Positions 18,182 to 27,165 of a DNA stretch of 64,000 nucleotides are shown here, piece after piece. Under the pieces are notes generated by a model, which had not been told where the DNA came from, did no database searches, and worked only from the letters and a program-made list of their open reading frames with translations. The first letter of the stretch is position 1. Each line of letters begins with the position of its first letter. The stretch covers positions 263,827-327,826 of the forward strand of contig JAEWDK010000008.1 of the NCBI GenBank assembly GCA_023390175.1, given 5' to 3'. This stretch comes from Bacillota bacterium (GTDB lineage Bacteria > Bacillota > Clostridia > Oscillospirales > Acutalibacteraceae). Both the position numbers and the translations under genes were made by a program.

Positions 18182-19525
18182 TCAGTCCGCCGCCGCGGCC
18201 GGCTGAGAAGCAGCCGCGGCGGCCGCACCGGAAGCAGCTGTGCTCCCCGGTGTTTTTTCCACTGCGGCGCCCTGGCGGATTAACGCGGAAACGGCAGCCT
18301 GCAGCTGCGGGTCCTGCTCCCCCGCAAGCTGGTTCTTCACAAGAAGCGACTGCTGCGCGTCGGTCAGTTCTTTGTTCACATCCACATCAATGCCTTTTCC
18401 GCTGAACACCGCGCCGTTCAGCGTAAGATAATTTGCAACGGAAATAACGATTGCCGAGCCGTCGGAAAGAGGCACCACTTCATCCTTTGTTCCGTACCCC
18501 GCGGTTTTTTCCCCGATCAAAAGGCCCTTTTTATAGTCCTTGATGTCGGATGCGAAAATCTCGGCGGCGCCAAAGGTATTACGGTCCACAATCACGCTGA
18601 CGGGCAAATTCACTTCATTGGAATTCGAGGTGTATTCCACTGTCGTTTTTCCGGATTTATCCTTATAGCTGACAACGTTGCCCGCCGGAAGCAGCGTGTC
18701 GAGCATTGCCGACATTCCTTTTATGCTGCCGCCGGAATTGCTGCGCAGGTCTATTATAATGCCCGCTGCGCCCGATTTAATGCGCGCCGCAAGCGCCGTA
18801 TTAAATTGTTCCGCATTGCTGTCGGTAAATTCAGATATTTTCAGGTAGGCAACATTGCCGTTAATCATGGAGGACGCAATCGTCTGCTCGGCGTATTCCG
18901 CCCTGGTAACCGTAATGCTGAGCGTTTCCGCCTTCGGCGCGGCGGCACTTGCGGCGGAGGACGCCGAGGAACTGCCGGAAGGGGCGGCATCTTTACGCAG
19001 AATGCCGAGCTTCACTTTTGAGCCTGCGACTCCGTCCAGCATGTTGAGTGCGTCACCGTAAGTCAGGCGAAGAATCTCCTTGCCGTCCATGCTTACAATC
19101 GTATCGCCCTTTTTTATGCCGCTTTTTTCAGCGGGTGAATTCGGCAGCACCTGAATGACTTCCATATTGCCGTCGCCGTCCCGAACCGTCTTGATTCCCA
19201 CGCCGATGCTCTTGTCATTGTTGCCGCTCAGGTAAGCCTTGTATTTTTCAGCGGATAGATACTTCGCGTGGGAATCCCCAAGGCCCGCCAGGTAACCGGC
19301 GCTGATCCCGTCATTCAAAGCGGTTTCATTGATCGTACCGATATATTCCTGCCTTGCCTTTTGGTCAATTTCACTCAGCTTGGTGTACATTGCCTGGCGC
19401 TCGTTCACATCCGCCATTTTTGCGTTAAAGTTTTTCATGGCGTACTCATAAGTGAGCGATACGGTGACTGCGGCTGAAACGGCGACAAGGGCGACAGCCG
19501 CACCCAAAGACAGCTTCTTGCTCAT
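18182..19525 (-). CDS. S41-family C-terminal processing peptidase (Ctp) with PDZ domain and Ala-rich tail
   Basis: N-terminal TM, a PDZ segment and the S41 core (IIDLRSNSGGS ... FGAAEIFASDIK). Confidence 0.85.
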   Translation of the reverse strand: MSKKLSLGAAVALVAVSAAVTVSLTYEYAMKNFNAKMADVNERQAMYTKLSEIDQKARQEYIGTINETALNDGISAGYLAGLGDSHAKYLSAEKYKAYLSGNNDKSIGVGIKTVRDGDGNMEVIQVLPNSPAEKSGIKKGDTIVSMDGKEILRLTYGDALNMLDGVAGSKVKLGILRKDAAPSGSSSASSAASAAAPKAETLSITVTRAEYAEQTIASSMINGNVAYLKISEFTDSNAEQFNTALAARIKSGAAGIIIDLRSNSGGSIKGMSAMLDTLLPAGNVVSYKDKSGKTTVEYTSNSNEVNLPVSVIVDRNTFGAAEIFASDIKDYKKGLLIGEKTAGYGTKDEVVPLSDGSAIVISVANYLTLNGAVFSGKGIDVDVNKELTDAQQSLLVKNQLAGEQDPQLQAAVSALIRQGAAVEKTPGSTAASGAAAAAASQPAAAAD

Positions 19526-19566
19526 ATTGAATTGATCATCCCTTACTGTTGGATTTCAGTCCGTTA

Positions 19567-20757
19567 TCACCTGCTGAACCAGTTCAGCGGATTTTTCGCA
19601 ACACCGCCCACGCGGATTTCGAAGTGCAGATGCGGCCCGGTGGAATCCCCCGTGCTGCCGACATAAGCGATTACCTGCCCCTTTGTCACGTTGGCACCCG
19701 TGCTTACCACAACGCTGCTGCAGTGGCCGTAAAGGGTGGAATACCCGCCGCCGTGGTCAATCGCGACCACATTTCCGTATCCGCCGTACCCGGTACCGTA
19801 ATTGCCCCAGCCGGCCATCATTACTCTTCCGGAATCGGCTGCCACAATTGCCTTGCCGTAAACGCCGGCGGATGAAATATCAATGCCCTTGTGCAGGCTG
19901 CCCCAGCGGTAGCCATAGCCGCTGGTAACGCTGTTGACCCCCGGCACAGGCCACGTAAAGTTGCCCTTGCTGGTGTAACCGCCGCTGCCGCTTGAGCCGC
20001 TGTGCGACGCGTAATAATCTTTATACCACTGGTCCATTGCCGCTTCAACCTGCTTGTTCTGTTTTTCAAGCGCGGCGCCCGCAGCCTGTGCGGAAGACAC
20101 ATCCGCGGCAAGCTCGGCAATGACCGACTGGGTTTCTTTCACCAGCGAGGTCAGTTCATTCTGTTTGCTGTCAAGCGCCACCTTCGCCTGTGCCACGTTC
20201 TGGCGGTTCGTTTCAATGGCCGCTTTCTGCGTTTTGATGCTCTCCATATCGGATCTGAGCGTATTGATCAAATCTGTGTCATGTGTTGTAATGGCCTTGA
20301 TTGCCTCGGATTTATCCGCTAAATCCATTATGTTTTTTGCATTGAGAATAATTTCAAGATTGGACGCCTGCCCGGTAAGGTAAAGCGCATGCAGTCTTTC
20401 CTTCAGCTTTTCATAGTTGGAGGCAATCGTTTTTTGCTTGGCGGCAATCTGCGATTCCTTTTCATTGATATCCTTGTCCAGCGCCGCAACCTGCTGGTTT
20501 AAAACGTCAATCTGGCTTTGCACTGTGCCCACCTGCGCGTCCAGTGCGTCTTTATACGCCTGCTTATTGGCTTTATCCGCTTTCAGGGATTTCAGCTTTG
20601 CCGCGTTGTCAGCCTGCTTTTTTTTCAGCGCAGCCTGCTGCTGCTGCAGCGCGGAAATGCTAGTTGCGGAAGCGGGCGGCATAATTTGGGGCGTAAGCAA
20701 TACGGTAAGCGCCAGAGCGGCGCAAATCATCCCTTTTACAAATTTTTTACCAGCCAA
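19567..20757 (-). CDS. M23/LytM metallopeptidase with long coiled-coil N-terminus (EnvC-like FtsEX partner)
   Basis: Signal/TM segment, a Q/K/A-rich coiled coil, then HKGIDI and GPHLHFEI (HxxxD / HxH) motifs. Confidence 0.85.
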   Translation of the reverse strand: MAGKKFVKGMICAALALTVLLTPQIMPPASATSISALQQQQAALKKKQADNAAKLKSLKADKANKQAYKDALDAQVGTVQSQIDVLNQQVAALDKDINEKESQIAAKQKTIASNYEKLKERLHALYLTGQASNLEIILNAKNIMDLADKSEAIKAITTHDTDLINTLRSDMESIKTQKAAIETNRQNVAQAKVALDSKQNELTSLVKETQSVIAELAADVSSAQAAGAALEKQNKQVEAAMDQWYKDYYASHSGSSGSGGYTSKGNFTWPVPGVNSVTSGYGYRWGSLHKGIDISSAGVYGKAIVAADSGRVMMAGWGNYGTGYGGYGNVVAIDHGGGYSTLYGHCSSVVVSTGANVTKGQVIAYVGSTGDSTGPHLHFEIRVGGVAKNPLNWFSR

Positions 20758-21661
20758 CTACATCCCCTCCTTCTTTCTTCAAATACCTTCCGATGGAAAT
20801 CATCCCGCCGACCGCGCCGAACAGCGTGCCCGCAAGAATAAACGCAAGGGTAATTTTCCATTCGACGGAGCCAATGTCAATCGGAGTAAACAGCGTAATC
20901 GATGTAACCACCGACAGCATCTTATTGTAAGCCAAATTTAAAAGCAGGCTTGCAACCGCGCCCGAAACAAGCCCGATAATAATTCCTTCCACAACGAACG
21001 GCACCCGCACGAACCAGTTGGTCGCACCGACGGATTTCATAATGCTGATTTCCGTGCGGCGGGAGAACATTGTAACGCGAATGGTGTTTGAAATAATAAA
21101 GAGCGACACCAAACTAAGTAAAATAACAATCCAGAATCCTGCGGTCGTAATCAGGCCGTCCAGATTTGTCAGCTTCTGTGCGATGTCGGAATAGTCATTG
21201 ATTGTGTCCACACCGGGAATCTTCTTGATTTGGGCCGCCGTCTGCTTGTATTGCGACAAATCCTTGAAAGACACTTTAAATGCGTCGGGCAGCGGGTTTT
21301 CCTTACCCGTCATTCCCTGCAGCATGGTTCCGTCTTTATCACCCAGAATATTCATGTACTGCTGAATCGCTTCATCCTTCGGAACAAACTCACAGGTTGC
21401 GATGTTTTCCAGCTTTTTAATTTCTTCACCGGCCTTAATCGCCGACAGTGTGGGCATTCCCTGCTTCATGTAAACTCTGACCGAGTTGTTTCCTTCAATG
21501 GATTTCATCGCGGTATTGATATTCATTGAAAAAAGCACCGCGGCGCCTGTTAACAGCAGGCAGGAAACCAGTACGCCGACCGAAGCGAACGACATGGTGC
21601 GGTTGCTCCAGATATTCTTGATTCCCTCTTTTGCAAGGTATTTTAAGCTTCTAATCTTCAT
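20747..21661 (-). CDS. ftsX: cell-division ABC transporter permease-like protein FtsX
   Basis: 304 aa, 4 TM with a large first extracellular loop. Overlaps ftsE and the M23 gene. Confidence 0.85.
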   Translation of the reverse strand: MKIRSLKYLAKEGIKNIWSNRTMSFASVGVLVSCLLLTGAAVLFSMNINTAMKSIEGNNSVRVYMKQGMPTLSAIKAGEEIKKLENIATCEFVPKDEAIQQYMNILGDKDGTMLQGMTGKENPLPDAFKVSFKDLSQYKQTAAQIKKIPGVDTINDYSDIAQKLTNLDGLITTAGFWIVILLSLVSLFIISNTIRVTMFSRRTEISIMKSVGATNWFVRVPFVVEGIIIGLVSGAVASLLLNLAYNKMLSVVTSITLFTPIDIGSVEWKITLAFILAGTLFGAVGGMISIGRYLKKEGGDVVGW

Positions 21662-22337
21662 GGGGCACCTCCTGTGAGGCAGTGTCCGCTACAATTTCCC
21701 CGTCGTGGATTTCGACCACCCTGCGGTGAAAATGTTTTACCAGCGAATGCTCATGCGTTACCATCAGTATTGTGGTGCCGCGCCGGTTAATTTCGCTGAG
21801 CAAATCCACAATTTCAAACGACAGCGCGGGGTCCACATTGCCCGTGGGCTCGTCCGCAATAATCAGCTTTGGGTTGTTCACCAGCGCGCGGGCAAGGCCC
21901 ACCCGCTGCTGCTCCCCGCCGGACAGTTCGCTCGGGTGGCACTTTTCTTTGTCCTGTAAATTAACCAGGCCCAGAATGTATGGCACCCGCTTGCGGATAT
22001 CCTTCATTGACGCACCGACCACATGCATGGCGAATGCAACATTTTCAAATACGGTCATATTGTCAATCAGGCGGAAATCCTGAAACACAATGCCCATCGT
22101 GCGGCGGTAGTACGGCACGTTATGCCGTTTCATTTCGGTGAGCTTCAAATTGTTTACAACAATTTCACCTTCGTTTGGCTTTTCCTCGCACATGATCAAC
22201 TTTAAAAAAGTGCTTTTGCCCGCCCCTGAGGAACCGACAATAAACACGAATTCTCCTTTTTCAACCTTCAGGTTAACACCCTTCAGCGCCTTTGTTCCAT
22301 TTGAGTAGGTTTTACTCACATTCTGAAATTCTATCAT
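21651..22337 (-). CDS. ftsE: cell-division ATP-binding protein FtsE
   Basis: Walker A GSSGAGKST, signature LSGGEQQR, Walker B LIIADEPTG. Confidence 0.9.
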   Translation of the reverse strand: MIEFQNVSKTYSNGTKALKGVNLKVEKGEFVFIVGSSGAGKSTFLKLIMCEEKPNEGEIVVNNLKLTEMKRHNVPYYRRTMGIVFQDFRLIDNMTVFENVAFAMHVVGASMKDIRKRVPYILGLVNLQDKEKCHPSELSGGEQQRVGLARALVNNPKLIIADEPTGNVDPALSFEIVDLLSEINRRGTTILMVTHEHSLVKHFHRRVVEIHDGEIVADTASQEVPHED

Positions 22338-22496
22338 GCAATCGCTCCATTAATTTTCGTTCCATTATTCTTACAATGAAAGCCATTCCGCTAACCGCCA
22401 TCAGTTTAAAAACGGAATTCGTCCTAAAAGCGCAAGTGCAGTTTGCACTGCGTTCGCCCCAATTTCCAACCATAATTGGCTTTTGGAAAAACAGTA

Positions 22497-22539
22497 CTAA
22501 ACCAAAGCCCATTGGCATGTTTACATAATACCAATGGGC
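22497..22539 (-). terminator. hairpin terminator after the PucR-family regulator gene
   Basis: GCCCATTGG - 15 nt loop - CCAATGGGC followed by TTTGGTTTAG on the minus strand. Confidence 0.45.
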
Positions 22540-22614
22540 ATCGGATTTATTATTCTTAATTTGAAAATATTTGTAATAAAATTGTAACAATTTTATTCTT
22601 TACAAAAAATTATA

Positions 22615-23700
22615 CTAAAACTTAACAGGATTGGAAGAAAGATACTTTTTGACCATTAAAGCCACTTTAAACACGATTGCATCCTCAAATTCACGCAGAT
22701 CAAGGCCTGTGATCTTCTTTATTTTTTCAAGACGGTACACAAGGGTGTTCCTGTGGACAAATAGCTTGCGCGAGGTTTCGGAAACATTCAGGTTGTTCTC
22801 GAAAAAGCGCTGAATTGTGAACAGAGTCTCGTGGTCTAGCGATTCGATGGAACCGCGCTTGAATACCTCTTTCAGGAACATTTCGCAAAGGGTTGTGGGC
22901 AGCTGATAAATCAACCGGGCAATCCCAAGGTTGTCGTAGCTGACAATCGACTTCTCCGTATCGAACACCTTTCCGACTTCCAGCGCGACCTGTGCTTCTT
23001 TAAAGGAGCGCGCCAAATCCTTGATTCCGGTAACAATTGTACCGATGCCAACCACGCAATGGGTATAGAACTCACTGGAAAGCGTGTCCACAATGGAGCC
23101 GGCCAGCTTGTCCAGGTCCTTCGGTTCGATTCCGGTGCGGATTTCCTTGACCAGGGCAATATCGGATTCATTGATATTAATGATAAAGTCTTTGTTCTTG
23201 TCCGGGAACAGGTTCTGTACCACATCATAAGCCGAAATGTCGGACTTATTGGTAATTTTAATCAGCATGCAGACACGGCTCACGTCGGCGTTGAAACGGA
23301 GCTCACGTGCTTTGAGGTAAATATCACCCGGAAGGATATTGTCAAGAATCACGTTCTTGATAAAGTTGCTGCGGTCGTACTTTTCATCATAGTATTGCTT
23401 GATGCTGCTCAAGGAAACCGCAAGCAGAGTGGCGTAACGGCCGGCCTCCGGGTCGCTGCCTGAAACGAAAACCGCGTACTCCGGGCGCGGGCGGCTGCCA
23501 AAGGACTTGTAAGTGTAACCATTCACCACGAAGGTGGCAGGTGCGGCAAGCACTTCGCCAGTAATACTGTCGTTGACTTCGCCGATTCTGCCAAGCTCAC
23601 TGCATGCTATAATTACCGAGGTTTCATCGATAACGCCGATTGTTCTGTCAATGGCATCACGCATCTGGTGGATAACCCCTTGAAATAATCTGTTTGACAT
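22615..23700 (-). CDS. PucR/CdaR-family transcriptional regulator
   Basis: C-terminal PucR-type HTH (SETSRKLFVHRNTLVYRLEKIKKITG). 361 aa. Confidence 0.75.
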   Translation of the reverse strand: MSNRLFQGVIHQMRDAIDRTIGVIDETSVIIACSELGRIGEVNDSITGEVLAAPATFVVNGYTYKSFGSRPRPEYAVFVSGSDPEAGRYATLLAVSLSSIKQYYDEKYDRSNFIKNVILDNILPGDIYLKARELRFNADVSRVCMLIKITNKSDISAYDVVQNLFPDKNKDFIININESDIALVKEIRTGIEPKDLDKLAGSIVDTLSSEFYTHCVVGIGTIVTGIKDLARSFKEAQVALEVGKVFDTEKSIVSYDNLGIARLIYQLPTTLCEMFLKEVFKRGSIESLDHETLFTIQRFFENNLNVSETSRKLFVHRNTLVYRLEKIKKITGLDLREFEDAIVFKVALMVKKYLSSNPVKF

Positions 23701-23894
23701 GGTATTCCCTCACTTTATCTAATTTGTCTAATCTTTCCGACTGACAATTAAAGGCTACATACATTTTACATAAATTCCATCGACATTTCAACCTACTATT
23801 AAAAATTAATGCAAAAAAATATATGGAAACACGCTATTTTACAAAATATTCACAATTTAAGGATGGATTAACCTCGTTTTGCACCGGTTGCAAG

Positions 23895-23926
23895 TACAAA
23901 ATTGGCCGCGCCATAACGGCGCGGCC
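23895..23926 (-). terminator. rho-independent terminator after the sugar ABC ATPase gene
   Basis: GGCCGCGCC gttat GGCGCGGCC followed by AATTTTGT on the minus strand. Confidence 0.7.
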
Positions 23927-23945
23927 ACAGATTTTAAAAAATAAA

Positions 23946-25058
23946 TCAGTTGAGAATTGTTTTCTCGGTCTGCTTGTCGAACAAATGCAGTTTGTCAAGC
24001 TCGAAAGCAATTTTAATCTTATCGCCTGTTTTTGCGGTTGAAGTCGGCTCAACTCTTGCGGTAATGGAGTTGCCCTCACAATTGAGGTAAAGGTAAGTCT
24101 CGGCGCCCATGAGCTCCGTTACTTCAACGTCGGCTTCTACAATACCGGCAGTTGCTTTGGCAAGGAATTCCGGCTCATCGTGTACATTTTCAGGACGGAT
24201 ACCAAATACGACTTCTTTGCCGACATAGTCCTTCAAAGCGTCGTCCTTGTTCTTTGCGGCAGGAATCGCAATGTCGTACTTGCCGAATTTAAGGGAGTAC
24301 TGGTCACCCTTCTGGTCGATGGTTGCATCGATGAAGTTCATTTGCGGGGAACCCATGAATCCTGCAACAAATTCGTTTACCGGGAAATCATACAGATTTT
24401 GCGGTGTATCAACCTGCTGTACGAAGCCGTCCTTCATAACAACAATGCGGTCGCCCATCGTCATAGCTTCTGTCTGATCATGTGTTACATAGATGAATGT
24501 TGTGCCCAGTCTTTTGTGCAGCTTGGAAATCTCGGTCCTCATCTGTGCGCGCAGTTTTGCGTCCAAATTGGAGAGAGGTTCGTCAAGCAGGAAGACCTTC
24601 GGGTCACGTACGATTGCACGGCCCAGGGCAACACGCTGGCGCTGGCCGCCGGAAAGCGCTTTCGGCTTACGGTCAAGCAGATGGGAAATATCAAGAATTC
24701 TGGCGGCTTCCTCAACGCGGCGCTTAATTTCATCCTTCGGTGTTTTGCGCAGCTTAAGGCCGAACGCCATGTTGTCAAACACGGTCATGTGCGGATAAAG
24801 TGCATAGTTCTGGAATACCATTGCGATGTCGCGGTCCTTCGGGGCAATGTCGTTTGCAAGGGTGTCGCCGATGTAAAGTTCACCTTTGCTGATTTCCTCA
24901 AGGCCTGCAATCATGCGAAGTGTGGTGGATTTTCCGCAGCCGGAAGGTCCTACGAGAATAATAAATTCTTTGTCGGCAATTTCAAGGTTGAAATCTGAAA
25001 CCGCGGTTACGCCACCGTCATATACTTTGTAAATATTTTTTAACACTACGTTTGCCAT
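23946..25058 (-). CDS. msmX: stand-alone sugar ABC transporter ATP-binding protein (MsmX/MalK/UgpC type)
   Basis: Walker A GPSGCGKST, LSGGQRQR, Walker B FLLDEPLSNLD, and a C-terminal MalK-like regulatory domain. No adjacent permease genes. Confidence 0.85.
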   Translation of the reverse strand: MANVVLKNIYKVYDGGVTAVSDFNLEIADKEFIILVGPSGCGKSTTLRMIAGLEEISKGELYIGDTLANDIAPKDRDIAMVFQNYALYPHMTVFDNMAFGLKLRKTPKDEIKRRVEEAARILDISHLLDRKPKALSGGQRQRVALGRAIVRDPKVFLLDEPLSNLDAKLRAQMRTEISKLHKRLGTTFIYVTHDQTEAMTMGDRIVVMKDGFVQQVDTPQNLYDFPVNEFVAGFMGSPQMNFIDATIDQKGDQYSLKFGKYDIAIPAAKNKDDALKDYVGKEVVFGIRPENVHDEPEFLAKATAGIVEADVEVTELMGAETYLYLNCEGNSITARVEPTSTAKTGDKIKIAFELDKLHLFDKQTEKTILN

Positions 25059-25294
25059 AATATTCCTCCTAAAAAAATAATTTCATTCTAACCGGAGAAC
25101 TCCCATAAGAGAACCCCTTCTCTTTCATAGCACCATCATAACAGAACAATCCGCTGATTAACAGTCCCTTTTTGCCTAAAGTTGAATGTCCGTGTTTATA
25201 TAAATCTGATAAAACACAAAAACGCCATCATAATTTAGTACATATTTGACATTTGCATTGCACAATACCGACGCGAAAATTTAGTATATAATTA

Positions 25295-26014
25295 CTATTC
25301 CTCTGAAAAAACCGCTTCCAGCTCGTCCTGTGAAAGCTCCCGCGCGGCGCCGGAGCCAAGCGTTTCGTCCAGCCGCAGCGCGCCGATCTGCACCCGTTTC
25401 AGGTGCAGCACTTCGTTGCCCAGCGCAAGGAACATGCGTTTTACCTGATGGAACTTTCCCTCCCGGATTTTCACCAGCACCAGCGGGTTTTCGCCCTGCT
25501 TCAGCACGGTCAGCTTCGCGGGAAGACACGTCATATCGTTCAGTTCAAGTCCGTTTTCAAACCGTTCCGTATCCTGTACGGAAACCGGCGCAGCCAAAAC
25601 CGCCTCGTACAATTTAAACACATGGCTTTTCGGGGCGAGCATGCGGTGGGCAAACACCCCGTCGTCCGTAATAATCAGAAGTCCCTCGGTGTCCTTGTCC
25701 AGCCGGCCGGCCGGGAAAAGCCCGCGCCGCTGCATTTCCGCCGGCAGAAGATCAACCACCGTGCGCGCGCGTGTGTCCCGCGCGGCGGAAAGCACACCCG
25801 CGGGCTTGTTCATCATATAGTACACAAATTCCTTTACATTCAGAATCTGCCCGTTTACCGTAATTTTATCCGTCTGCGTATCCGCTTTAAAATCTGCTTT
25901 TTTCACCGCCTGTCCGTTCACCGCAACAACGCCGCGGCGAATCATCACCCCGGCGTCCCTGCGGCTGGCAATATTTTGCGAAGTCAGTATTTTATCAAGC
26001 CGTTCCCTGCTCAT
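25295..26014 (-). CDS. rRNA pseudouridine synthase (RsuA/RluB family) with S4 domain
   Basis: N-terminal S4 RNA-binding segment and catalytic GRLDKDTEGLLI motif. Confidence 0.85.
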   Translation of the reverse strand: MSRERLDKILTSQNIASRRDAGVMIRRGVVAVNGQAVKKADFKADTQTDKITVNGQILNVKEFVYYMMNKPAGVLSAARDTRARTVVDLLPAEMQRRGLFPAGRLDKDTEGLLIITDDGVFAHRMLAPKSHVFKLYEAVLAAPVSVQDTERFENGLELNDMTCLPAKLTVLKQGENPLVLVKIREGKFHQVKRMFLALGNEVLHLKRVQIGALRLDETLGSGAARELSQDELEAVFSEE

Positions 26015-26283
26015 CGTTATGAATGTTCCTTTCCCATAAAAAGCCCGGCCTGAAAAATTATCGCTCAGGCTTTTCCCGTCCTGTCAGTTGATTCGTCTTT
26101 TTAAGTTGCTGCGCGATGCCCGATGATTTATTCACTGTATTTTCAAATACGCTTTTATCCATCAATTCAGCGGGCAGTTATGTAAGATTCAGCGAATCCG
26201 TCGGCCGGAAGATGCCGGGCTGTGCATCCGGATTTCCTTCCATTGTAATCGATTCACCCGTTCCGGTCAACCCCGTCCCGCTC

Positions 26284-27048
26284 TTAATCGGTCGGCCAGG
26301 CATTGGCCGGAATTGCGGAGGACGCTTTGGGGTTTGCCTGCACGGCCGAGGCGGGCGACTTTGAAGCTGCAGGCGCTTTTGAAGACGCAGGCGCTTTTGA
26401 AGACGCAGGCGCTTTTGAAGCTACCGGTGCTTTTGATGCCGCCGGTGCTTTCGAAGACGCGGGTGCTTTCGATGCCGCCGGTGCTTTCGAAGACGCGGGT
26501 GCTTTCGATGCGGCAGGTGCGGCGGAAGATGGCGCGGAGGAAGTCAGCATTTGTTCAAGCATGTCATCCGAAACCTGCTCCCCCTTAAATCCGGTCATAA
26601 ACCCATCCAGTGCGGCGGTACTTAAGTCGCCCCCGATTACCCTGTTGTCAACGACAAGAATCGTTGCCCGCACGTCTGTGTTCTGGGGATAGTTTGTCAC
26701 CGCGTACACCCATTGCTTGCAGGTCTTTCCCGCGTACGGGGTCAGGTCAAGTCCCTGGTCCTTTTGAATATTATTATAGTTTGTATAAACATTATTAAAC
26801 GTCGCCGGAATGGTTACATCCTTAATTTCAATCGGTTCAGCCGCCACCTTCCAGCCGAACTGGCCGAAAAACGCAACGCGTTCCTCGTTGGTGGCAGCGC
26901 TGAGCGTGTACCTTACCCCCGCGCACTCCGCTGTCGGTTTGGAATTATGAACCTTGGTCAAAACAACCGCCGCGGTTACAACAAGCAAAATCGCCGCCAA
27001 TATTACGCATATTTTCCTTTTGTCGGCCTTAACCGAAAATATAAACAT
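26284..27048 (-). CDS. DUF4830-type membrane-anchored protein with C-terminal (APASSK/APAASK)n repeat tail
   Basis: TM anchor plus the conserved core FFGQFGWKV...IKDVTIP...NNIQK..GLDL. Start moved to ATG 27048 (GGGGGCGGTG RBS). Confidence 0.65.
   Translation of the reverse strand: MFIFSVKADKRKICVILAAILLVVTAAVVLTKVHNSKPTAECAGVRYTLSAATNEERVAFFGQFGWKVAAEPIEIKDVTIPATFNNVYTNYNNIQKDQGLDLTPYAGKTCKQWVYAVTNYPQNTDVRATILVVDNRVIGGDLSTAALDGFMTGFKGEQVSDDMLEQMLTSSAPSSAAPAASKAPASSKAPAASKAPASSKAPAASKAPVASKAPASSKAPASSKAPAASKSPASAVQANPKASSAIPANAWPTD
26363..26524. repeat. tandem 18-bp repeat, about 9 units, inside the DUF4830 gene
   Basis: Units GAAG(C/A)(T/C)GCAGGCGCTTTT / GATGCCGCCGGTGCTTTC and similar. On the coding strand they encode APASSK/APAASK hexapeptides. 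Confidence 0.9.
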
Positions 27049-27165
27049 ATCACCGCCCCCTTGTAACTGATTAATATGCATGGATGCGGTAAAAAATGCA
27101 AAAAAGCAGCCGCCTTTCGGGCGGCTGCAGCGGATAAGTTAAGCAACGGACTGCGGTGAACCGGA

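Noticed and set aside
22292-22590. ORFs of 78 and 92 aa in the spacer between the PucR-family gene and ftsE
   Set aside because: They have no RBS and overlap each other on opposite strands. The region is better explained by a terminator hairpin (22507-22539) and the ftsE promoter/leader.
26015-26283. 270-nt ORF-poor spacer between the DUF4830 gene and the pseudouridine synthase gene, considered as a possible ncRNA
   Set aside because: It shows only weak hairpins (for example GCCTGA...TCAGGC plus a T-run near 26050-26075, likely a terminator). There are no conserved riboswitch features I could recognise and no evidence for anything beyond a terminator and promoter region.
26330-26530. Regularly spaced short repeats that could superficially suggest a CRISPR array
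   Set aside because: The units are contiguous 18-mers with no spacers, sit inside a CDS in frame, and no cas genes are present. This is a coding tandem repeat.
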